A DNA stretch of 64,000 bases from Deltaproteobacteria bacterium (GTDB lineage: Bacteria > Desulfobacterota_D > UBA1144 > Nemesobacterales > CSP1-2), in contig JBQTHB010000005.1 in assembly GCA_052390235.1 (NCBI GenBank), positions 47,337 to 111,336 of the forward strand. Direction: 5' to 3'. The position numbers were made by a program, and so were the translations under genes. Positions within the stretch are counted from its first letter, which is position 1, and every line of letters begins with the position of its first letter. Under the pieces are notes generated by a model that worked only from the letters and a program-made list of their open reading frames with translations, made no database searches and had not been told where the DNA came from. Shown one piece after another: positions 38,767 through 48,247 of the stretch.

Positions 38767-39528
38767 TTAAATATAATGTCCGCCGTTAATTCTAACGGTT
38801 GTTCCCGTAATCCAGCTTCCGGCGTTAGAGCAGAGATAGAGAACGCAGAGGGCAATTTCTTCAGGAGTGCCGAATCTGCCAAGGGGGATTTGCGTGAGAA
38901 TCTGCTTTCTGATGTCCTCAGGCACGGTGCCGAGCATATCGGTCTCGATGAATCCTGGGGCTATGGCGTTGACGCGGATTTTATTGCCGGCGAGCTCTCT
39001 TGCAAGGCTCTTGGTGAATCCCATGATACCGGCTTTGGTAGAGGCGTAGTTGGTCTGCCCGATGTTGCCCATCTCGCCGATGATGGATGAAATGGAGACG
39101 ATAGAGCCGCCGTTGGGGTTTGCCGCCATAAGCTCGACTACTCCCTTGGTGCAGTTAAAGAGGCTGGAGAGGTTCGTCTGTATGACCTCGTTCCACTGCT
39201 CGATAGCCATTCTGCGGAACGTCCTGTCGCGGTTGACGCCGGCGTTGTTGACGAGGATGTCGAGCCTGCCGAAGTGGTTAGCAACGGCTTTGCCGAGGTT
39301 TTGAGCCTGCTCGTATTTGCTCACATCGGCGCGGATGGTTATACATTTTCTGCCCATTTTTTCGATTTCTTTTTTGGCCTCGTCCGCCTGTTTGTCGCTA
39401 CGGACGTAGTTGAGAGCGATGTCTGCTCCGCCCTCGGCAAGGGCGAGGGCAATTGATTTGCCGATGCCTCTGGATGCCCCTGTAACGAGGGCGACTTTTC
39501 CACTTACATCATATAAATCCTTAATCAT
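38767..39528 (-). CDS. phaB: Acetoacetyl-CoA reductase (PhaB/FabG-family SDR)
   Basis: TGASRGIG, NNAGV.RD, GNIGQTNYASTK, INGG; located in the PHA locus. Confidence 0.8.
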   Translation of the reverse strand: MIKDLYDVSGKVALVTGASRGIGKSIALALAEGGADIALNYVRSDKQADEAKKEIEKMGRKCITIRADVSKYEQAQNLGKAVANHFGRLDILVNNAGVNRDRTFRRMAIEQWNEVIQTNLSSLFNCTKGVVELMAANPNGGSIVSISSIIGEMGNIGQTNYASTKAGIMGFTKSLARELAGNKIRVNAIAPGFIETDMLGTVPEDIRKQILTQIPLGRFGTPEEIALCVLYLCSNAGSWITGTTVRINGGHYI

Positions 39529-39669
39529 TTTAACACCTCCTGAAGTTTCTAAGTTTTAGATGAGTGATTTTAGGGTATGAGTTTTAACTTATCTTTGAAA
39601 TTTGTCAAATGGATTTTGGAGCCGAAAGGCAGTGATTTTGAGAGGTTTTTCAAGGTCGCCGGGGGGAAT

Positions 39670-40296
39670 TCAAAGAGTTGCCGTCTTAGATTTGGCAGAG
39701 TGGCGGGGCTTGGCAGGCGGGTCGGATTCATCCATGGGCCCGTGCGCCGGGCTAATCTGGCTCTCAAGCTCGGCAACCCTCGCGCGCAGGAATTCGAGTT
39801 CCATAAGCATCGTCAGGGTAGAAGCCTGTAGCGGCGGTTCTCTTTTATCCTGCCCCTGCGATGGCTGATTGCGACGAAATTCAAACGGGTCAATAAATTT
39901 CGGACTCATCTGAGATTTCATTATCGAAGATATGCCCTTGTCGAAACTGAGGAGGTTTTTTCTCATCTTCTCGCTGAAAACGAGGTAGGGCTGAAACACG
40001 ATTACGAGGTAATTCTCAACAAATTCGACTGCCATTCGATAACCCTGCTTTATAAGCACGTGGAGGAAAACCTTGGACAGCGGGTACTCCATGGTTTTAT
40101 TCTCTTCGCTCTCTAGGATTATCTGTATGAGGATGGGCTTTGTGATGTCCTCATCGGTTTCGGCGTCAAGTATTTTCACCTCTCCGCCGTCGGTTATGAA
40201 GGCAGCGATTTCCTCAAGCGTTACGAATTTCTTTCTGTCAACGCAGTAAAGCCGCCGATTGGAGTATTTTTTTATGAGAATCTGCTCGGTAGCCAA
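39670..40296 (-). CDS. phaR: PHA synthesis regulator PhaR
   Basis: IKKYSNRRLY, VTLEEI and EDIT..IL.QII of the PHB_acc_N DNA-binding domain; TTG start. Confidence 0.85.
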   Translation of the reverse strand: MATEQILIKKYSNRRLYCVDRKKFVTLEEIAAFITDGGEVKILDAETDEDITKPILIQIILESEENKTMEYPLSKVFLHVLIKQGYRMAVEFVENYLVIVFQPYLVFSEKMRKNLLSFDKGISSIMKSQMSPKFIDPFEFRRNQPSQGQDKREPPLQASTLTMLMELEFLRARVAELESQISPAHGPMDESDPPAKPRHSAKSKTATL

Positions 40297-40445
40297 TTTA
40301 TCCCCCTAAATTGCCCCCCACCCGATTTGCGGAGTGAAATTACCATAACTGCCAGCATTGTCAAAAATCACGGCTTGACTTTAATCTGCAAATTTGATAG
40401 AGGAAGTATCAACATCACAATCACAACAGAGACAGGAGGCGCCTC

Positions 40446-40649
40446 ATGGCTGTAGCAAGAATAACCGAAGTAATAGGCTCGTCGGAGAAATCCTGGGACG
40501 ACGCAGTTAATAACGCAATGGAGAGGGCTAATAAAACCCTCCGCGGTCTAACAGGAATAGAGGTTACCAAAATGAATGCCCGAGTTGACAACGGCAAGAT
40601 TACCGAGTACCGGGCTCATATCAGAATTACTTTTATCCTGGAAGGATAG
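40446..40649 (+). CDS. Dodecin family protein
   Basis: EVIGSSEKSWDDA, A.KTLRG, ITEYR...ITF; SD AGGAGG. Confidence 0.9.
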   Translation: MAVARITEVIGSSEKSWDDAVNNAMERANKTLRGLTGIEVTKMNARVDNGKITEYRAHIRITFILEG

Positions 40650-40667
40650 TTCTCCTTCTTAAATCAT

Positions 40668-40705
40668 CGCGGGGACGGCGTGGGCGCGAGCCTGCCGTCT
40701 TCGCG
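40668..40705. terminator. GC hairpin between convergent genes
   Basis: CGCGGGGACGGC...GCCGTCTTCGCG. Confidence 0.5.
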
Positions 40706-40707
40706 GT

Positions 40708-41493
40708 TTATCTGTCCTGGAAAGCCGGCTCTCTTTTCTGCAGAAACGCGGTCATCCCCTCGACCCTGTCCTCGGAGTCAAAGCAGAGCGCGACCAGAGT
40801 TTTCTCCAAGAGCAGGGCTTTTTGCAAGTCCATCTCTGAGCCTGCGTTGATTGCGGTTTTTGCCATTCTCACGGCTCTCGGGCCGCGCTTGGCGATTTTG
40901 TGGGCAAGCTCTCTAGCCTCGTCCATAACCTTGTCGTGAGGCACTACCTTCTCGACTAAGCCCATTCTGAAAGCCTCGTGAGCGTCTATCATCTCGCCCG
41001 TGAAAACCAACTCCTTCGTCCTGCCAAGTCCGAGGATTCTCGTAACCCTCTGCGTGCCGCCCCAGCCGGGGAATATTCCGAGTTTCACCTCAGGGAATCC
41101 AAGGCGCGCCTTTTCAGATGCGATTCTAATGTCGCATGAGAGGGCAAGCTCGCAGCCGCCGCCGAGGGCATAGCCGTTTATTGCCGCTATCGAGGGACAC
41201 TGGTCGCTTTCAATGAGTTGATACACTTTGTGGGCGAAATCCACGTAGTCCTGAAACTCGCGGTCTTTCATCTCGTTCATCTGAGCTATATCCGCCCCGG
41301 CGACAAAAGCCTTGTCTCCGGCGCCGGTAACGATGAGAGCCTTGAGATTTTCTTTGGGAAGCGTGTCTTCGAGGAACACTCTAAGTTCGCGAAGGGTCTG
41401 CCAATTAAGGGCGTTAAGCACTTTCGGGCGATTTATCGTAAGAACGCCTAAATCACCTGTCTCTCGTTGATACCCGATAAACTCAAATTCCAT
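40708..41493 (-). CDS. Enoyl-CoA hydratase (crotonase)
   Basis: RPKVLNALN, AFVAGADI, GYALGGGCELAL, PEVKLGIFPGWGGTQR. Confidence 0.9.
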   Translation of the reverse strand: MEFEFIGYQRETGDLGVLTINRPKVLNALNWQTLRELRVFLEDTLPKENLKALIVTGAGDKAFVAGADIAQMNEMKDREFQDYVDFAHKVYQLIESDQCPSIAAINGYALGGGCELALSCDIRIASEKARLGFPEVKLGIFPGWGGTQRVTRILGLGRTKELVFTGEMIDAHEAFRMGLVEKVVPHDKVMDEARELAHKIAKRGPRAVRMAKTAINAGSEMDLQKALLLEKTLVALCFDSEDRVEGMTAFLQKREPAFQDR

Positions 41494-41530
41494 AAGACCG
41501 CCTCCCTAAACCGTAGTTTTCATCAGTGTA

Positions 41531-41582
41531 AATTTATCCCGAAGCGCAAAACATTGTCAACAGTTTACAACGCAAGTGCGAA
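41531..41582 (-). promoter_or_regulatory. Crotonase promoter with operator-like palindrome
   Basis: Minus strand TTCGCA-CT-TGCG, 10 nt, then TTGACA-N18-TAAATT. Confidence 0.55.
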
Positions 41583-41801
41583 AAATAGGACAGGGAATCT
41601 GCAAATGGCAAATTCGGCAGCGGGGAGAGCGAGAATTTATACGCCCCCTAGATTATTGCATATTTTATTTCTGAGGATATACCATTGAGCCTAGTTATAT
41701 ATTCAACTGCGAAGAGAAAACCACAATTCAGCGAAATTATACTACATCTAGGGAGCGGGATTCGCAGCCCCGCCCCCCCTCTTTCTGCAATCGGACACTA
41801 C

Positions 41802-43577
41802 TTAAATCGTAATAGTCGTGCCGTCAAATTTCGTAAAGGTAAATCCGCCGAACGGCTCCCTGTAGGTCGCCCTCTGGTCTCTGAGAATACTTATCGCAAC
41901 CGCCTCGCCCAACAGGTTCGCCTCAGTGGCGTCGGTGCGCCAATGCACCCCTGCAATATTACGCCCCTGAGAGACATTAGAAGCTATCTTATTTAACTCG
42001 CCGCGCACCGTAAGAGGATCACCAACGTAAGGCACAAGCCCCGTGCCATCGGCAGTCGGCACAACCGGGTTCGGAACAAAAGCCGCCTCATCAAACCAAG
42101 CCTTGAGAATCGTTACGCATGCTCCGGCAACAGTCGCATGGCCAGAGCCGTATGCGGTGTGCATAGGAGAGCCTTCGGGAAACGCCATGGGGAGAAGAAG
42201 AGTTCCGTATTCGCTGAAAATGCTGTTCAACACGGGCGAGTTCAATAATTCGGAATTTATCGGGTAATTCGCCCCGCCCGTTGTATGGACTTCCACTCTG
42301 CCGCCAAATTCTTCGGGTCTAAGCCTGCGATGCACTAGCCACTTCTGATACCACACGGCTTTGAGCGCGCGCGATGAGACCTCAGTGAGCAGAGCCAAAA
42401 TATGCGGCCCTCCGAACGTGGCGAAACCCACCTGGGATCTGGAGCCGGGAACTCCGGCGGGCAGAGGCCTGCCTGAGCCGGGGTCGGGGGTTTTGCCGTA
42501 AGGGTTGCCGGCATTAAAGGGCACGCCGTTGGCAAGGAGAACCAGGCAAGCCACGAAATACGCTTGATAGAGCGCGTCCACGTGGACGTATTGAGACAGG
42601 TCGCGCCCGTTGCGGCAGAAAACCGGACTGGGCAAAATGGTCTGTGCGAGGCTCGGCTGGCAGCCGTTTTGCACATCTAGCCAAGAGGCGAAGTCCGTCA
42701 TGAAATCCACGGGGGTCGTAGTGAATATGCGCTGATCCACGGTTTGCGCGCCGAACGGGGCTGGCTTTAAGAGGAACTGAGAGATGTAGGGACCCGTTGT
42801 GCATCCTGGATATTTATCGCGAAAAAGGGTTTGAGTGTTTACCACCCCACCCTGTTTCGGCCCTCGGAAGTCTGAAAACCCGGATAAATCTGCCGCCGCC
42901 GCCGCCGCTATCGGGTTTATGTCGTAATCGAGGAAATTCACGTCTCTGAGGAGAGACATCCAGTAGAGTTCCGCCATTTCCCCAGCCTCTTCGGCGCTTG
43001 CAAATGCCGGAGCGGGGCGTACGGCGAGTTGATGCGAATCAGTCCCTTCGAGGTCGAATGCGTAGCCGGCTTGAGGGCTTACGAATCTGCGCTGGAGAGC
43101 CGGATTCGGGCATCCGAGGTGTCCGTTTGTTGCAAGGGATTCAAAATCCGAGAATTTTCCACTCGTAATTGCCGCAATTAGGGCGTTGTAGGACGAGGGG
43201 ATAACCTCTCCTAGGGGATTGTGGCGAAGCCCCTTGGTGAAATTGCCGATTTTATTGGGATACAGAGCCTCGTCGCCGTTGCAGGGTTGAGGGGTCTTGC
43301 CGAGTTGTTTGTTGAAAATAGCGGCATCTTGGCGAATTTGAGCCGAGCGGTTTCGGCGTAGGCTCGCGGTTTCGGGACCAATAGCGGCGGCTTGCGCAAC
43401 GGAGCCGTTTTGAGCCGTTAGGGAGGGCAGTCCTATGGAGGTAATGGCAATTGTCGCCGCGCTGATGCCTCCCAGACTGCCTAAAAACTCTCGTCTGCTC
43501 GAAGATAAAACCCCGTCCTTATTTTCGATTTCCTGCTTTTCATTGATACTGCTTTCTTCCGTTTTTGCGTCTTTCAT
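41802..43577 (-). CDS. Tat-exported vanadium-dependent haloperoxidase (bromoperoxidase-like)
   Basis: SRREFL twin-arginine signal; KWLVHRRLRPE, HTAYGSGHA and GRNIAGVHWRTD vanadate-binding motifs; SD GGAGG before ATG 43577. Confidence 0.88.
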   Translation of the reverse strand: MKDAKTEESSINEKQEIENKDGVLSSSRREFLGSLGGISAATIAITSIGLPSLTAQNGSVAQAAAIGPETASLRRNRSAQIRQDAAIFNKQLGKTPQPCNGDEALYPNKIGNFTKGLRHNPLGEVIPSSYNALIAAITSGKFSDFESLATNGHLGCPNPALQRRFVSPQAGYAFDLEGTDSHQLAVRPAPAFASAEEAGEMAELYWMSLLRDVNFLDYDINPIAAAAAADLSGFSDFRGPKQGGVVNTQTLFRDKYPGCTTGPYISQFLLKPAPFGAQTVDQRIFTTTPVDFMTDFASWLDVQNGCQPSLAQTILPSPVFCRNGRDLSQYVHVDALYQAYFVACLVLLANGVPFNAGNPYGKTPDPGSGRPLPAGVPGSRSQVGFATFGGPHILALLTEVSSRALKAVWYQKWLVHRRLRPEEFGGRVEVHTTGGANYPINSELLNSPVLNSIFSEYGTLLLPMAFPEGSPMHTAYGSGHATVAGACVTILKAWFDEAAFVPNPVVPTADGTGLVPYVGDPLTVRGELNKIASNVSQGRNIAGVHWRTDATEANLLGEAVAISILRDQRATYREPFGGFTFTKFDGTTITI

Positions 43578-43659
43578 TTTACTCTCCTCCGATGATTTGC
43601 ATTTCAATGCCGCCCGCGCCTTCTATAGACCGACAGATTCGCAAACTGGCCTATCGGAG

Positions 43660-43719
43660 TCAGAAAATATTAGCCCTTGAATGGAAAAACCATTGAATAG
43701 AACAGACTGCTAAGAGCAT
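43660..43719 (-). CDS. Putative 19-aa peptide MLLAVCSIQWFFHSRANIF
   Basis: AAAGGAGGAG SD 7 nt upstream of the ATG, within the haloperoxidase leader. Confidence 0.45.
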   Translation of the reverse strand: MLLAVCSIQWFFHSRANIF

Positions 43720-43798
43720 TATCTCGCTCCTCCTTTATGGGAGAATTCAATGCCTTAGATATAGAAATGAAAAGAAATGTTCCCGGAATAAAAAGAAT

Positions 43799-43840
43799 AC
43801 TAATCACTAATCACTAATCACTAATCACTAATCACTAATA
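43799..43840. repeat. Heptamer tandem repeat (ACTAATC)x5 + ACTAATA
   Basis: Direct reading of sequence. Confidence 0.95.
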
Positions 43841-43847
43841 AAAATTA

Positions 43848-43876
43848 ACGATAAGCCATGATTAGAGGGTTGTCAA
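43848..43876 (-). promoter_or_regulatory. Sigma70-type promoter of the haloperoxidase unit
   Basis: TTGACA-N17-TATCGT on the minus strand. Confidence 0.6.
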
Positions 43877-43907
43877 GAGGGTGGGTACTGCGCGTATTAC
43901 TGCCGCC

Positions 43908-46900
43908 CTAAGCCGACGGGTCCTGCCCCTTTGCGAGCGGGCGACTACCGAGAGCGTCATCTAAAATCATATACAGGCACGGCACGAGGATAAGGGAAAT
44001 TAAAGTGGCGAATAAAATCCCGTAGCCAAGCGAAATCGCCATCGGAATCATGAATCGCGCCTGACGGGAGGTCTCAAAAATCATCGGAGCAAGCCCGCCG
44101 AACGTGGTCAGGGTCGTGAGTATTATGGGACGGAAGCGCCGAACCCCCGCGGATTGGATTGCAACTTCGGGGCTGTCCCCTTCTGCTCGGCGGTTATTGG
44201 CTTGGTCAATCAGCACAAGCGCGCCGTTAACTACCACTCCCGCAAGAGCGACAATTCCCATCATACTTATGACGCTTAGGTCGTAGCCCATGAGAATATG
44301 CCCAAGCACCGCCCCGACGATTCCAAACGGAATGCTTATCATAATTATTACGGGCTGGGTGTAGCTCTTAAACGGAACGGCTAGGACGAAATAAATCGCC
44401 ACAAGCGTCAAGAGGAATCCCTTGAAAAGGCTGTCGAGGCTCTCCGCCATGTCGGCTTGTCTGCCCTCGTAGGCGTAGGTAAGTCCCGGAAAGTCGCGGG
44501 CAAGCTGAGGGAGAATAGTAGCGTCGAGGGCAGAGATGACTCTGCCGGTTTCTCCAATGGGGGTAACATCGGCGCTTACGGCTGTGGTGCGGCGCGAATC
44601 GCGCCTTTTGATGGAGGTATAGGAGCGTCCCCGGTCAAAATCGGCGACCTGAACGAGCGATGAGTCCCCGCCGCCGGGGGTGCGCACGAGTAGGTTTTCT
44701 ATATTGTATTCGCTTACGCGCTCATCTTCGGGGAGGCGCACGATGACTTTCACCTCGTTTCGAGCGCGCTGCTGCCTCAGGGCTTCCGAGCCGTGGAAAG
44801 AGTGGCGTATCTGTCTGGCGACGGCTTCGGAGGTAAGTCCAAGGCTTCTGCCCTCGGCGTTGAGGGCGAAATCAAACTGCGCCTTGCCGGGAACATAGCC
44901 GTCGTCAACGTCTCTGGTATTGGGAAATTCGGCGAGTTTCTCGGCAAGGGCGACACCTGCTTTATCCAGCACGGAAACGTCCCTGTGGCTAAGTTCAATG
45001 GTCAGCGCCGCCCCTGAGCCCGGGCCGCCTCTGTCGGATTCAAATTTGAGCGTCCTCGTCCCCGGAATCTGCCCTACCAGCTCCCGCCAAATCCGCGAGA
45101 CCTCGGCGGTTGAAATTGGTCTTACAGTTGGGTCGGTGAGATATATGCTGACTTCAATGAGGTTTTCATCTATCGTGGCGAATATCCCCTCTACAAGGGC
45201 GCCGCCCCCGTGCTTTTCCTTTATTTCATCGGCGGCTTCAACCATCAGGTCTCTTATCTCAGCCGCCTTAGACAGCGGCGCGCCAAAGGGGATAGTGGCC
45301 GAGGCGACGGCTCTATCGGATTCAACGCGCGGCATAAGTATCATGCCGATTCTGCCGCTCGCCACATATCCTGTTACGATTATCAGGAGCGCGAATCCCG
45401 CCGAAGCCGTAACGTAGCGCCGTTTTATACAGAGCCGCAGAAAGGGCGCGTAAACGTTGTCGGTAAAGCGGTTAAATTGGCGGCTGAACGCCCCCTGCCA
45501 CCCGCTGATTGCCGAAAGAAGGCGAAATCTGGATTTTTTTGACTCCTGCGCAAGGTGCGAGGGCAGTATTAAAAGAGACTCAATCCACGAGATTAAAAAC
45601 ACCGTAACTACGACAAGCGGAATAACCTGCCAAGTTTTCCCAAACGTTCCCGGCACAAAGTAGAGGGGCAGAAAAGCGAGTATGTTCGTAATAATGCTGA
45701 AGGCGACAGGCACGGAGACGTCCCTTGCGCCCTTCATTGCGGCGGCGAAAGCGCTCATCCCGCTTTCTCGATACTGATAGATGTTCTCGCCGGCAACTAT
45801 GGCGTCGTCAACCACAATCCCCAGAGCGACGATGAAGGCAAACATCGAAATCATATTAATTGACACATCCATGAGCGGCAAAAATAGAATCGCCCCCAGA
45901 AACGACGTGGGAATCCCCATTGTTACCCAAAAGGCGAGCCTGAATTCGAGAAACGCTCCGAGTATCAGAAGCACGAGTAATAGCCCCATGAATGCGTTCT
46001 TGAGCAGGAGTTCGAGCCTCTGCTGATATATTTTCGAGGAGTCGTTGCTTATTACATAATCAATCCCGCCGGGCAGGTCAGCTTTGATGCGCGCCATTGC
46101 CTCGCGGACGGCTTCGGAGATGCCGATAGGGGTCTCATCGCCCACCCGATAGACTTCTATTCCTATGGCGGGCTTGCCGTTATATTCGGCGTAATTGTCG
46201 GAATCTTGGAATCCCTCGCCCACTTGGGCAATACTGCCGAGGGTAACGACCGAGCCTTCGGGAGTCGCAATTATGGGAATTTCAGCGAATTCACTCGCCC
46301 AATTGCGTCTCTCGTTGAAGCGCACGAGTATCTGTCCGCCGTCAGTTTTGAGTCCGCCGCCGGGAACTTCAACCGAAGTGGCGCTGATTTTTTGCGCTAT
46401 ATCGTCCAGGGTTAAGCCATAGGAGCGGAGACTCCCCTGCGATACCTCGACGTGAACCTCGTAGTTTCTCGCCCCCACAAGCTCGACCTGCGTAATTCTT
46501 GGGTCTTGAAGAAGGCGGTCTTGCACCTCTTCGGCGAGGTTTCTAAGCGCCCAGTCGGAAGCCTCGCCGTAGAGCTGGATTGTCAACACATTGCGGCGGC
46601 GCACCTGAAGGGCAACCCTAGGCTCTTCGGCGTCTTCGGGCAGTGTGGTGATGCGGTCAATTTCCTGCTTTATGTCCTGATAGATTTTCTGCTGATCCAC
46701 TCCCGTAATGAGTTCTATATTTACCGAGCCTACCCCTTCGGAAGAGGTGGATGTTATCTCTTTTACCCCCTCGACCCCGCGCACTGCCTCCTCGACGGCA
46801 AGCACAATTCCCTGCTCGACCTCCGCGGGGCTTGCTCCGGGGTAAGGCACGCTCACGGTTACCATATCAAGCTCGAACTCAGGGAATACCTCTTGCTTGA

Positions 46901-47000
46901 TTCTGGTAGCCATGAAAAGCCCGCCGATGATGAGAAACATCATTATGAGATTCGGCGTAACGCGGTTTTTGACCATCCATGAAATGGGCCCGCCACTCAC
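43908..47000 (-). CDS. RND efflux permease (AcrB/AcrD/AcrF family)
   Basis: 1030 aa; GIVVDDAIV, GVVVN, RFRPIILT, PMAIS. Confidence 0.93.
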   Translation of the reverse strand: MSGGPISWMVKNRVTPNLIMMFLIIGGLFMATRIKQEVFPEFELDMVTVSVPYPGASPAEVEQGIVLAVEEAVRGVEGVKEITSTSSEGVGSVNIELITGVDQQKIYQDIKQEIDRITTLPEDAEEPRVALQVRRRNVLTIQLYGEASDWALRNLAEEVQDRLLQDPRITQVELVGARNYEVHVEVSQGSLRSYGLTLDDIAQKISATSVEVPGGGLKTDGGQILVRFNERRNWASEFAEIPIIATPEGSVVTLGSIAQVGEGFQDSDNYAEYNGKPAIGIEVYRVGDETPIGISEAVREAMARIKADLPGGIDYVISNDSSKIYQQRLELLLKNAFMGLLLVLLILGAFLEFRLAFWVTMGIPTSFLGAILFLPLMDVSINMISMFAFIVALGIVVDDAIVAGENIYQYRESGMSAFAAAMKGARDVSVPVAFSIITNILAFLPLYFVPGTFGKTWQVIPLVVVTVFLISWIESLLILPSHLAQESKKSRFRLLSAISGWQGAFSRQFNRFTDNVYAPFLRLCIKRRYVTASAGFALLIIVTGYVASGRIGMILMPRVESDRAVASATIPFGAPLSKAAEIRDLMVEAADEIKEKHGGGALVEGIFATIDENLIEVSIYLTDPTVRPISTAEVSRIWRELVGQIPGTRTLKFESDRGGPGSGAALTIELSHRDVSVLDKAGVALAEKLAEFPNTRDVDDGYVPGKAQFDFALNAEGRSLGLTSEAVARQIRHSFHGSEALRQQRARNEVKVIVRLPEDERVSEYNIENLLVRTPGGGDSSLVQVADFDRGRSYTSIKRRDSRRTTAVSADVTPIGETGRVISALDATILPQLARDFPGLTYAYEGRQADMAESLDSLFKGFLLTLVAIYFVLAVPFKSYTQPVIIMISIPFGIVGAVLGHILMGYDLSVISMMGIVALAGVVVNGALVLIDQANNRRAEGDSPEVAIQSAGVRRFRPIILTTLTTFGGLAPMIFETSRQARFMIPMAISLGYGILFATLISLILVPCLYMILDDALGSRPLAKGQDPSA

Positions 47001-48247
47001 TTCGTCTTCACCTCCGCAGCGGGGATTTCAGTCGAGCGGCTGACCGGCTCGGATGGGGAATTCCCCCTCGTGCGCAGTTTCATTCCCTCGACCGGGGTGG
47101 AAAGGAGCGTCGTAACCAAACGCTCCCCGTCAGATAGCCCCTCGTTTATGTATAGCTTGTCCCTACCCCTGAACAGAACTCCGACCTGCCGTATTTCAAG
47201 CTCGTCCCCTGCATTCATAATCCAGACCTGACCGCCGTTATGGACAAATCTCCTGTCAACAGAGAAAACCGACTTCAATTCCTGCCCCTCGATTTCGAGT
47301 CGCACATAGCTTCCTATAATCAACCGCGGCTTCCCCCTATTGCCGGAAGATAGCGACAGAGGGTCCGCAATCTCGACAATAACGCGCGCCATGCGGCTCT
47401 CACGTTCCAAATCGCCGAGGAGTCTCACAATTTCGCCCTCCCGAAACACTCCCTTTCCCCAAGCCGAGTCGCTGAATATTTTCACCCTTGAGCCGGCTTC
47501 GGCGGTAGAATTAGGGATTTGAATCCACCTGAGCGCGTCCACAGGCACAGGGGCTTCAACCCAATATCTGTCCGTGCCAACTATCGTCGCAAGCGGGGTT
47601 GAAGCGGCAACCTGCGCGCCGAGGTTCACGCCCCGTCCTGTGATAATTAAATCGAATGGGGCTTTAACCGCCGTCCTCTCAATGTTGATTTTTGCAAGCG
47701 CGAGCGCGGCTTTCGCCGAGTTGAGGACGGAGCGAGTTTTCTCCAGTTGGGGCTTGCGAAGGACAAAATCCCTGTCCCCCTCCGAGACGACCTCGCCCAG
47801 AAGCTCGTACTCCTTGAGGGCTACGGCTTGCTGTCCCATTTCGAGTTTTAGGTCGCTTTGCGCCTGAGCCACCTCGCTCTCCCTCTGGCGCGCGGCAAGC
47901 TCATAGTCCGAGCGTTCAATCCTAAGTAAAACCTCTCCTCGCCTGAAGCGTCCTCCGGGTATGAATTCCCGGCTAACCTCTACGATTTTCCCAGCGACTT
48001 GAGGGTGAAGAGCCACCTCCTCGGCGGGTTTGACCTCTCCCATCGCCTCTTGGAATGTATTTTCATCCCTCGCATAGACGCGCGCGACCTCGACGAGCCT
48101 CGCCTGCTTTTCGGGGGATTTTCTCTCTATTTTGGGAGAAGTTTTTATGAGCGCCGCCGCTAGAGAGAATCCGACGACAATCACCGCCGCCGGAATGATT
48201 ACTTTCAGCGCCGACCTCCGGCGAGCGTTTTTTGCGTTATTGCTCAT
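46997..48247 (-). CDS. RND membrane fusion protein
   Basis: N-terminal TM, PQVAGKI, APFD, GLSDGE. Confidence 0.9.
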   Translation of the reverse strand: MSNNAKNARRRSALKVIIPAAVIVVGFSLAAALIKTSPKIERKSPEKQARLVEVARVYARDENTFQEAMGEVKPAEEVALHPQVAGKIVEVSREFIPGGRFRRGEVLLRIERSDYELAARQRESEVAQAQSDLKLEMGQQAVALKEYELLGEVVSEGDRDFVLRKPQLEKTRSVLNSAKAALALAKINIERTAVKAPFDLIITGRGVNLGAQVAASTPLATIVGTDRYWVEAPVPVDALRWIQIPNSTAEAGSRVKIFSDSAWGKGVFREGEIVRLLGDLERESRMARVIVEIADPLSLSSGNRGKPRLIIGSYVRLEIEGQELKSVFSVDRRFVHNGGQVWIMNAGDELEIRQVGVLFRGRDKLYINEGLSDGERLVTTLLSTPVEGMKLRTRGNSPSEPVSRSTEIPAAEVKTK

